A stretch of 36,018 nucleotides of DNA. Origin: a virus. Its lineage: Duplodnaviria > Caudoviricetes. Under the pieces are notes generated by a model, which was not told the origin of the DNA, did no database searches, and saw only the letters and a program-made list of their open reading frames with translations. The stretch covers positions 1-36,018 of the IMG/VR virus record IMGVR_UViG_3300048080_000098; one strand, 5' to 3'. Shown in pieces: positions 27,970-35,567 of this stretch; positions within the stretch are counted from its first letter, which is position 1, and each line of letters starts with the position of its first letter. Position numbers and translations under genes: made by a program.

Positions 27970-29270
27970 TGACCGCTCCTACCGTCGCCGCGCTGCTGAA
28001 GGCGTTCAAAAAGGCACAGGACGACGCCGAGCGCCTGCGGCACCGCGTCGAGGTGCTGGAGGGCATGACCTCAGCCGCGGGCGACCACGGGAACGCGAGC
28101 CATACGCCGGACTTCCAGCCCGCCGGTGGGTACACCAAGGGCCAGATACTCGCTGCCGACGTGACTGGGCTGCTCAACGCGCTAGGCATCAGCACCGATG
28201 GCTTCGTCCTCACCCTCGATGCCGCCCAGACACTCGGCGTGAAGTGGGCCGCTGGCGGTGGCGGGCACACCGAAGACCACGACCACGACGGTAGCCCGAC
28301 CCAGCAGCTCTTGGCGGCCAACACGCATTTGACGCCCGCTACCGACACCCACCACCCGGAGTCCTCGCTACGTAGCTCGGCGGTGACGAAGGCGTCGGTG
28401 GACGCCAACCGCTTTACACTTGCGTCGCTGTTCTCACTGGGCGCGGTGAGCACGCCCACGATTGCCACTGGGGACATTACGATCACGGGCGGCAAGTCCG
28501 TCCAGGCGGTCTCTCCCGAATCCGGTACTGCCGATGATCTAGACACCATCACGGGCGGGGTAGTGGGCGACCTAATCTTTGTCTTCAACGCGGCGCTCGC
28601 TAACGCCATCACGCTTCGTCACAACATCGGCGCCACGGCGAATCGAGTATTGCTGCTCACCGAGCGTAACTTCGTCTTGGACTCAGGGCAGGACGGGGTG
28701 TGGCTGTACAAGCCATCTACCTCTGCGCCGTGGATTCAAGTCTCTCACCCGCTGCTAACCGGCACCGTGACGCCGGCTGACGTGGGGACGGCTGCTGCTG
28801 TGGGCACGAACAACCGGCTCGCCGACGCCTCGCATGTTCACGCGCACCCTGCCTCGCAGCACGCCTCAGGCGGGGCGCTGGTGCTCTACTCCCGCAAGAA
28901 GTACGTCAACGTCCCCGACGCCGCCGTGGGCGTCGCTGTGACGGCGGGGGACGCACAGGGGGCGATCCTTCACTCCGGCCCGAACGGGGAGACGGCTGAC
29001 GCCCTGGAGGTGGACGCTGAGACGGCACCAGGTGCGTCTGGCCTGCCCGTGACCTGGCAGTATGGAGACACAAATGACATGGACACGGTCGCTTCCTGGA
29101 CGACCATCGCCACGCTCACGCTGTCCTCTGAGAAGTCGGCGCGGACAACGAGCATGACGAATGCCGCGATACCGGCGAACAGAGTTATCCGTATGAACAT
29201 CGGCACGATTGTAGGCACGCCGAAAGATGTGACCTCAACGCTCCACACGAAGGAGGCACTGGTGACATGA
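27969..29270 (+). CDS. Tail fibre-like protein
   Basis: KGQIL, G.VLT, DDLDTI.GG, HVH motifs. Confidence 0.72.
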   Translation: MTAPTVAALLKAFKKAQDDAERLRHRVEVLEGMTSAAGDHGNASHTPDFQPAGGYTKGQILAADVTGLLNALGISTDGFVLTLDAAQTLGVKWAAGGGGHTEDHDHDGSPTQQLLAANTHLTPATDTHHPESSLRSSAVTKASVDANRFTLASLFSLGAVSTPTIATGDITITGGKSVQAVSPESGTADDLDTITGGVVGDLIFVFNAALANAITLRHNIGATANRVLLLTERNFVLDSGQDGVWLYKPSTSAPWIQVSHPLLTGTVTPADVGTAAAVGTNNRLADASHVHAHPASQHASGGALVLYSRKKYVNVPDAAVGVAVTAGDAQGAILHSGPNGETADALEVDAETAPGASGLPVTWQYGDTNDMDTVASWTTIATLTLSSEKSARTTSMTNAAIPANRVIRMNIGTIVGTPKDVTSTLHTKEALVT

Positions 29271-29752
29271 TACCCAACTGGCTCCGCAACTCCTGGCACA
29301 ACGGCGGGAAGACGTTGATCCTCGCCTTCGCTGCGTTTCTGCTGTCTGTCGTCGTTGCGGGCGGGTTGGCGGCGGTCTACTTCACCCTCGGCGCTCCCCA
29401 GCGGGCCAACGTCGTGGACTTCGCCGAGCCGGTGCAGGTCACGCCGAGCGTCGTGCGCGTGGGCGAGACGATCTACACAACGAGCATGATATGCAACAAC
29501 AGCGACAAGGTACTGGGGGCGTATACGCTGGCTTCCTGGCAACGAGTTGGCCCTGGCATCCAGCTTATATCTGCTGAGCAGTTGAACTTTGTCCTGGAGC
29601 CTGGCTGCTTTCCCGTTTCAGGGCAGTTTGAGATACCACCGGAGCTAACTCCGGGCATCTGGATTCGCGTCGGCACGCTGTTCACGACCGAAGGCGACGA
29701 AGCGCCAATCGCTGCGCCCTATCGCTCGGAGCGCTTCGAGGTCGTGGAGTAG
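29267..29752 (+). CDS. Membrane-anchored protein in the lysis region
   Basis: N-terminal transmembrane helix then a beta-rich domain with two Cys. Confidence 0.7.
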   Translation: MIPNWLRNSWHNGGKTLILAFAAFLLSVVVAGGLAAVYFTLGAPQRANVVDFAEPVQVTPSVVRVGETIYTTSMICNNSDKVLGAYTLASWQRVGPGIQLISAEQLNFVLEPGCFPVSGQFEIPPELTPGIWIRVGTLFTTEGDEAPIAAPYRSERFEVVE

Positions 29753-29953
29753 GTGAGCCGTGCAGACGAACGTAAGGGCTTCAACACTGCAACCAGGCTC
29801 CGGCTCCTGGAGATCGACGCTGACAAGGCTGAGACAAAGGGGGAGTACATCCAGAAGCTCTTTATCGGGCTGCTTATCACCATCACGGGAGGCGTCGCCA
29901 TCGGCGCCATCCTGGCAATGATCCAGCTAGCAGGAAAGGGAGGGACACCATGA
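29753..29953 (+). CDS. Small membrane protein (coiled coil plus one TM; holin/antiholin-like)
   Basis: Hydrophobic C-terminal helix; position in the lysis region. Confidence 0.65.
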   Translation: MSRADERKGFNTATRLRLLEIDADKAETKGEYIQKLFIGLLITITGGVAIGAILAMIQLAGKGGTP

Positions 29954-30150
29954 ACTTCTTCAAGTACGACGTTGACCGGATACAAGAGGCGGTCTGGGCG
30001 GGCATTGTCGCGCTCACCGTCTACGTGCCCACCGCCATCGGCACACAGGAGCCGGGCGACTGGCGCGTCTGGGGCCTCGCGCTGCTGGGCGGCGCAGTCC
30101 GCGTGTTCCTGGGCGCGGCGTTCTCGGCGTTCGGGAGCAAGGGCGAGTGA
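29950..30150 (+). CDS. Putative holin (2 TM)
   Basis: Two hydrophobic helices, GGAGG SD, upstream of the endolysin. Confidence 0.7.
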   Translation: MNFFKYDVDRIQEAVWAGIVALTVYVPTAIGTQEPGDWRVWGLALLGGAVRVFLGAAFSAFGSKGE

Positions 30151-30196
30151 TCTGCGCCCTGCTGCTGTGGCTGCTCCGCGTGATGTTCGGTGACGT

Positions 30197-30286
30197 ATGG
30201 AGAGCGAGCTTCAGTACACGCTGATCTATCTCGCGCTGACGGCCATCGGGATCGGTGTGTGGTGGGCCACAACGAAGGGAGACTGA
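30197..30286 (+). CDS. 29-aa membrane peptide
   Basis: Translated by hand (MESELQYTLIYLALTAIGIGVWWATTKGD). Confidence 0.4.
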   Translation: MESELQYTLIYLALTAIGIGVWWATTKGD

Positions 30287-30287
30287 C

Positions 30288-30473
30288 GTGACTGACGCCG
30301 AAGCGATCAAGGTGGCGACCGAGTTCGCGCACGTGATCGGGAACGGCGTGAACTCTTGGAAGCTCTGCGAGGTCTGCCACGAGCCGACGCTGTACAACCG
30401 TCACGCGCCGAAGCCGAAGACGTGCGGACGGCTTGTCTGCATGGTCGCAACGAAGGAGACGACGCTGCTATGA
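30288..30473 (+). CDS. Small Cys/His-containing hypothetical protein
   Basis: GGAG SD, ATGA overlap with the endolysin. Confidence 0.55.
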   Translation: MTDAEAIKVATEFAHVIGNGVNSWKLCEVCHEPTLYNRHAPKPKTCGRLVCMVATKETTLL

Positions 30474-31180
30474 AGCTCAGCACGCATTTCGATAGCGCCG
30501 AGTTCGCCTCGAAGGATGGCGCATCATTCGACGCAGACGGCTACCCCGTACTCGCCAATCTCACTGTGCTCTGCCGTGACGTGCTGGAGCCGATCTACGC
30601 CTACTTCGGCGCAAGCAGCATGGAGATCGTCTCTGGCCACCGGAGCCGCGCGCACAACGCGAGCAAGGATGTTGGTGGTAAGAAGTTCTCGCAGCACATC
30701 TACGGGACTGCCGCCGACATTCGCATCACGGGCGTCACGACGACCGAGCTGTACTGCGGTGTCAAGAAGCTACAAGCGGCGGGGCTGCTCCCGCGGCTCA
30801 AGGGGCTGGGCTGGTATGGACCGAGCTATCTCAGCATCCACGTAGACGTGGGCGACCTCGCGCCGCCAGAAGCGCGCCGGACAGGGTTCACGCTCTGGCC
30901 CGACTCCAACGGCAACTACCCCGACTGCACGGGCGTCAAGTTGCCACCACTACCAGAGGAGGACGAAGTGGACACAGAAGCACGACAACGAATCGCTAAG
31001 CTACGCCGTGACATGACGACGGTGAACGACGCGCAGAACAAGATGCTGATCACGCTCGCCGGCGAGCTGCGGCTGAACGCGAAGGACGACGCCGGGCGCG
31101 ACCGCGTGGACAAAGTGCTCGGCGACATCGCACAGGCGCAGCAAAAGGCCATCGCTGCGCTAGAGGCGGCGGACGATTGA
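30470..31180 (+). CDS. Endolysin, peptidase M15 family, with C-terminal helical domain
   Basis: LS.HF...EF, SG.RS..HN, SQH..G.AADI, IHVD. Confidence 0.9.
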   Translation: MKLSTHFDSAEFASKDGASFDADGYPVLANLTVLCRDVLEPIYAYFGASSMEIVSGHRSRAHNASKDVGGKKFSQHIYGTAADIRITGVTTTELYCGVKKLQAAGLLPRLKGLGWYGPSYLSIHVDVGDLAPPEARRTGFTLWPDSNGNYPDCTGVKLPPLPEEDEVDTEARQRIAKLRRDMTTVNDAQNKMLITLAGELRLNAKDDAGRDRVDKVLGDIAQAQQKAIAALEAADD

Positions 31181-31244
31181 CCGCCCTCGACCGGCTGCTC
31201 GCCGCGCTCCTGGTGGGCCTGTGCCTGCTGCTGAGGCGCGCGTG

Positions 31245-31784
31245 ATGCTCGAAGACCTCAGCGTGAGCACCGTCCGCACCGCCAACAAATCGACAGATGA
31301 CGCGCGCGCCGCTAAAGAGTTCATGGTCGCCCAAGACCCCTCGCTTTCGACTCTGCAAGAAGGCGCGTTGGAGCCGCTGTTCGATAGCCCTGATGACAGC
31401 GTGTTCTTTGCCGAGACGAACGGTCCAGACGGGCAAGCTGTTCCTACCGCGCTCTGCCGTGTCTGGGTGCGCGGGGATGCAGGGCGCGAAAAGGTGCGGG
31501 TGGTGTGGCTCTACCCAACGACGCTCAGCCGAGATGAACTCAAGTCTGTATTCGCCGCCGCGATGCTCGACGCTTTTGCTCGACACCCAGCGTCCGGCCT
31601 CTATCTCGTCGAGGCGTTCCTAGCGACTCGGCAGGCTGCGCTCGAATGGCAAGTAGAGTTCCCAGGTTCACAGATCGTAGCGACCGATACTGAGCCGGTG
31701 CAGTGGCGCATCTGGCTCGACCGCTTCTCGGACGCGCTCGCGGTCGTGAGGACTTGGACGGAGGTCGCCCCCAGTGGCCGCTAG
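31245..31784 (+). CDS. Hypothetical protein, possibly GNAT-like fold
   Basis: GAGG SD; alpha/beta pattern only, no clear acetyl-CoA loop. Confidence 0.65.
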   Translation: MLEDLSVSTVRTANKSTDDARAAKEFMVAQDPSLSTLQEGALEPLFDSPDDSVFFAETNGPDGQAVPTALCRVWVRGDAGREKVRVVWLYPTTLSRDELKSVFAAAMLDAFARHPASGLYLVEAFLATRQAALEWQVEFPGSQIVATDTEPVQWRIWLDRFSDALAVVRTWTEVAPSGR

Positions 31785-32940
31785 TATTCAGAATCATTTT
31801 GGCCCGAATCGCGCGCATATTCGTCTATATGGATTTCCTCCCACTGGCGTTGGGACGCCAACGATTGTTACACAACACAGCCGTCAATGGATGCGGTTTA
31901 CGGAAATCAACGGCTGGACGATTACCTACCCCAATCCCCGCATCGCTAACGGCACCCATGCTGTCTGGTTTGGTGGCTACTTTATCTTAGAGACCGCGCT
32001 TACTACAGGAACGAACCGCTACATCATCGGGCCCATCAATACAAATGGCTCAGGAAACGACGCTTCCTTCTACCTAATTCTCAACTATAACGCGGGCGCG
32101 AACCGGCTTGAACTGCGTGACCTAGCGCTTGGTGTTGTGGCGACTGGATCGAACATCACCGCCGATATCAACACAGTCTACCGCTGGTGGATGAAGTTCG
32201 ATGGCACAAACATCACGGTCTACCTGAACGGCGCTTCTGATATGACGGTGGCAAAGACAGCGATGCCACTCGCCTCTGCATCGAACAATCAGATGGCGCT
32301 CGGCGTTGGAGTAACGCTAGGCGCAGGGATTCTATTACAGCGCGACGTGTTCCGCGTGACCTCCGATGCCAATGACTTCAACATGGCGACCGATGTTCCG
32401 GAAACGAAAGGGCTGCCGCCGGATGGCGCTGGCAATTATACCGACTGGACGGGCACAGAAGCGGACTGGGATGACTACGATGGGGCCGAGACACCCGATG
32501 ACGATACGACGTATATCGAGAAGCTAAATGTTGCGGGGACATTCCGTGAATCGGTTCTGCTCCTCGACCCGTCGCTCGTGAACGCGACCCTCGTTGGCAT
32601 CGTCGCACGGGGTTGGAATCGGCAGGATGATGCCACAAAGAACACCATCATGCGGCATTTCATTCGGGAAGGTTCGACTGATTCGGCTAACACTGATGCA
32701 GTCTCGCACACCGGCACAACGTATATCTCCTCTCAGAGCGTGTGGAATGTACGTGCTGGTGGGGGTGCTTGGACAGAAGCCGGTCTCATTGCGACGGAAC
32801 TGGGCGTGCAGCGTGTCAACGACTCGACAGCGGGGATACGGGTAAGTGCTGCCTTGGTCGAGTACCTATCGTTTGGTGCGACGCTGGACTATACGATTGC
32901 AGCCGCCACCGGCGACCGCCGACGCCTGCTGGCGGCGTGA
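31774..32940 (+). CDS. Beta-rich, lectin/LamG-like putative virion or receptor-binding protein
   Basis: Asn/Thr/Gly/Trp-rich; DGT.I.VYLNG; visibly more AT-rich codons. Confidence 0.7.
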   Translation: MAASIQNHFGPNRAHIRLYGFPPTGVGTPTIVTQHSRQWMRFTEINGWTITYPNPRIANGTHAVWFGGYFILETALTTGTNRYIIGPINTNGSGNDASFYLILNYNAGANRLELRDLALGVVATGSNITADINTVYRWWMKFDGTNITVYLNGASDMTVAKTAMPLASASNNQMALGVGVTLGAGILLQRDVFRVTSDANDFNMATDVPETKGLPPDGAGNYTDWTGTEADWDDYDGAETPDDDTTYIEKLNVAGTFRESVLLLDPSLVNATLVGIVARGWNRQDDATKNTIMRHFIREGSTDSANTDAVSHTGTTYISSQSVWNVRAGGGAWTEAGLIATELGVQRVNDSTAGIRVSAALVEYLSFGATLDYTIAAATGDRRRLLAA

Positions 32941-32943
32941 CGC

Positions 32944-33753
32944 TCATCCTGCTAACCTCCTCTGCATGGTCAAGCCCCGCTCGGTCGCCGACCAGCGGGC
33001 GTAGTGGGCCGTCATAGCAATGTCGGCGTGGCCCATCACCGATCGCAGCGCGTCGAGATCTCCGCCGGCCTCCATGAACTGGTTGGCGAACGTCACCCGA
33101 AACCGATGTGGGTGGCAGTGCTCAACGCCGGCGCGCTCCCCGAGATGGCGCAGCTTCTCCCAGATCGCCCGCGATGCGAGAGGCTGGCCGATGTACCGGC
33201 CTGGGGTATGCTTCTCCGTGGCTGTCCACACCGGCCCCTGTTGGCCGTTCAGGTAGACACGCAGCACGGTCCCGGCCCGGCCCAAAGAAACCCAGCGCTC
33301 GCGCATCCCCTTACCGTGGATCAGCCACAGGCCGTCCGGCGTGAGATCGCCTGTGTGCATGGCGATCAGCTCCCCGAGGCGACAGCCGGTGGCGGTGAGC
33401 ACCATCAGGATCGCGCGCTCCTGGACGGTGCGCGTTGCAGCCATGAGCCGGCGGAGGTCGTCATCTGAGAAGGGGCGGCGCGGCGCGGGGCGCACGCGGG
33501 GCGCGTGGAAGCCTGGCAGTGGGTCAGTGACGCCCTCGTAGCGATACCACGCCCTGAGCGCCGACAGGCGGGCTGTGCGGGCAGATGGCGAGGCTGCGAG
33601 GACGAAGGACGCTACGTCGAGGTCAGAGCGAAGGAATAACGCGACCTGGTAGCCGTAGGTGCGCGCCGTGGATGCCGCCCTCCCGGCGCTTAGGAGATAC
33701 CTGCCGAAGCCTTCCGTGGCGAACTGGGCTCGCCCGTTGTCCGTTGCCCCGCC
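32944..33753 (-). CDS. int: Tyrosine recombinase/integrase (frame open to 33753, no canonical start before GTG 33495)
   Basis: TGCRLGEL, GKG, HRFR, MGH, HYA catalytic set. Upstream in-frame ASTARTY and RLSALRAWYRY fit a core-binding domain. Confidence 0.92.
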   Translation of the reverse strand, partial: GGATDNGRAQFATEGFGRYLLSAGRAASTARTYGYQVALFLRSDLDVASFVLAASPSARTARLSALRAWYRYEGVTDPLPGFHAPRVRPAPRRPFSDDDLRRLMAATRTVQERAILMVLTATGCRLGELIAMHTGDLTPDGLWLIHGKGMRERWVSLGRAGTVLRVYLNGQQGPVWTATEKHTPGRYIGQPLASRAIWEKLRHLGERAGVEHCHPHRFRVTFANQFMEAGGDLDALRSVMGHADIAMTAHYARWSATERGLTMQRRLAG

Positions 33754-33959
33754 TCATCGCTGAGTTTCCCTACGAACTCTTCCACTGTCATTCCGAGGCC
33801 AGCGGCGACGAGGGGGAGATATTGAGCACTGGGGGCTTTCACGTTGTTGCTCAAGCCGTTGTCGATGACCCAGCGAGGGACTCCCCACTCTTCAGCGACG
33901 TGCTCGATCACCTTGTCGTTCCCGATGTAATCGGAAAGCAGTCTAGCGTAGGGCTTCAT
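33690..33959 (-). CDS. XRE-like HTH immunity repressor candidate
   Basis: VAEEWGV...I.N......PS...L..VA.GLGMTVEEF; lies behind a divergent promoter. Confidence 0.72.
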   Translation of the reverse strand: MKPYARLLSDYIGNDKVIEHVAEEWGVPRWVIDNGLSNNVKAPSAQYLPLVAAGLGMTVEEFVGKLSDEAGQRTTGEPSSPRKASAGIS

Positions 33960-33969
33960 GACTCCCCTT

Positions 33970-33998
33970 ATTCTAGGGCGTCCGCGACGTGGCGTCAA
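33970..33998 (-). promoter_or_regulatory. Leftward promoter (repressor/int)
   Basis: TTGACG-17 bp-TAGAAT, ending 10 nt before the ATG, so the mRNA is nearly leaderless. Confidence 0.75.
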
Positions 33999-34041
33999 CA
34001 TATTTATTGATAACCTGGGCAGGTTTGCCTAGATTCGTATG

Positions 34042-34071
34042 TTGACAGAGGGTCAATAAGTTTACTAGAAT
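34042..34071 (+). promoter_or_regulatory. Rightward early promoter with overlapping dyad
   Basis: TTGACA-18 bp-TAGAAT; TTGAC-N5-GTCAA overlaps the -35. Confidence 0.75.
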
Positions 34072-34106
34072 GGTCGAAGATACCAGCAGGAGGACAACGA
34101 ACACCA

Positions 34107-34405
34107 ATGCTCGCAACTACAAAGAAAGCTCGCGTTTGCGTGGGGAGTCGGCCCGAACTGAGCCGCCCTCAGTCTAGCACACCTACCGAGGCCACGACCA
34201 GCGGCCCCTCGAATCACCGCGCCATCCTGCCCATGTTCTCGCCGATGGCCAGGACGCCGGACAAGAAGTACCGGACGTGTCCCGCGGCCCCTACCTGGAC
34301 GTGTTCGCCCGCAAGCAGCGGTTCAACTGGGACACCTTCGGCGATGAGGCGTTCAACTTCGGGACGACCGCGCCGGCGGCGGCCTTCGTCGGGGAGGCCA
34401 AGTGA
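34107..34405 (+). pseudogene. Internally deleted MT-A70-family methyltransferase remnant
   Basis: ...PDKKYRT joined out of frame to VSRGPYLDVFARKQRFNWDTFGDE; DPPW core absent. Confidence 0.65.
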
Positions 34406-34495
34406 CCACACAGGCCACGACCAGCGAGGGCAGGACTTCTCGGAGCCATCCGAGCGACAACCGATTCGCCGCCACGGATCAGGTTCGTCCTGCTC

Positions 34496-34849
34496 TCACT
34501 GGTGGGGCTGAGCGTCGTATGGATACGCGTTCGGCCTCGCCAATCCTCCTTGGGTCGCCTGGCCCCCATCCGGTCGGGCGCTCAGACCCTCGCGGGGGCA
34601 GCGTGGCATCGGACTCTCATCCCGAACCGCCACCAGCAGCCACGTTGCCCCCGCAACATCTTCGGAGGCGAGCACATGGGAGCGAGAGCTTTTGATGTTG
34701 AGCGTCAACCTCGATTGGCCCGCCCTCGCTCCCAGTTGCGCGTCCCCGAAGCGTCGCCATGCGGGGATTGGGGAATCACCAGCCTGTGGCGCGACGGGGC
34801 AGCACGATTGGAGGCGAGGCCGACAGTGCACGTAACTCACCCCATGAGG
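34496..34849 (+). ncRNA. Candidate large structured RNA
   Basis: Nested long-range closing helices and four internal arms found by eye. Strand inferred from G-U pairs and the upstream promoter. Confidence 0.6.
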
Positions 34850-34965
34850 AACGTCTTTGAAGCGATGAGCACAGACACAAAAAGCCGAAGGAGCCCGGAC
34901 TTGTCATCCAGACCCCTTCGGCAGCTCAGCCTGAGCACACCTCTAGCTACAAAGGAGCATAGACG

Positions 34966-35358
34966 ATGAGTGAACAGAAAGCAACAGCAACGAACGAGAC
35001 GGCGCAGCACACGCCTGGGCCGTGGAAGACAACCGGCTCCACGAACCTCTGTGGCACAGCCATCGAGGACTGCGCAGAACCACTCACGACGCAGATTTGC
35101 AGCGTCAATGACGACGTGGATGAGTGGAAAGAGAACGCCCGCCTGATCGCAGCGGCTCCGGAGATGGCCCGAGACCTGGCCCGCCTGCGCGAGGTGAACG
35201 CGGCGCTGTTCGCGGCGCTGGAAGACTCTGCATTTCGGCGGAAGAAGGATGGTGTTCTTTGCTGGTGCTTGCCGCCTACGACCTATCCAGATCATGAGGG
35301 CATATGTCAACGCAGTCGTGCAGCCATCGCCCTCGCGCGGCAGGAGGCACCCCGATGA
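34966..35358 (+). CDS. Phage hypothetical protein (HTPGPW / NARLIAAAPE family)
   Basis: AAGGAG SD; recognisable motifs. Confidence 0.85.
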   Translation: MSEQKATATNETAQHTPGPWKTTGSTNLCGTAIEDCAEPLTTQICSVNDDVDEWKENARLIAAAPEMARDLARLREVNAALFAALEDSAFRRKKDGVLCWCLPPTTYPDHEGICQRSRAAIALARQEAPR

Positions 35359-35567
35359 TCCTCGCCGAGTACATCGCGCCGGCCTGGCCCTTCTACCTGC
35401 TGATCGGCGCTGCGCTGCTGTTCATCGTGCCGCTGCTGCTCTGGCAGTGGTGGCGCGACTTCATGGCGCTCCGGCGAGCGGAGAACGACGCTGCCCTACC
35501 GGAGCGCGGCACGCTGGAAGAGCGTAGAGCACGGCTGCGCGAGCTGTGGGAGGAGGACGAACGATGA
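35355..35567 (+). CDS. Small membrane protein
   Basis: AGGAGG SD, ATGA overlaps, one TM helix. Confidence 0.7.
   Translation: MILAEYIAPAWPFYLLIGAALLFIVPLLLWQWWRDFMALRRAENDAALPERGTLEERRARLRELWEEDER

Noticed and set aside
33764-33772. GGGAAAC slippery heptamer in the repressor as the route into the int frame
   Set aside because: Wrong phase, and the -1 frame hits TGA at 33754-33756 before reaching int.
34540-34565. HDV-like ribozyme core (CCAA-TCCTCC-TTGG)
   Set aside because: No convincing P1/P2 partners, and the bases are better explained by the long-range helix.
34504-34845. tmRNA or tRNA, because the element begins GGGGCTGA and ends near CCCCA
   Set aside because: No T-arm (GTTCRA) before the 3' strand and no tag reading frame evident.
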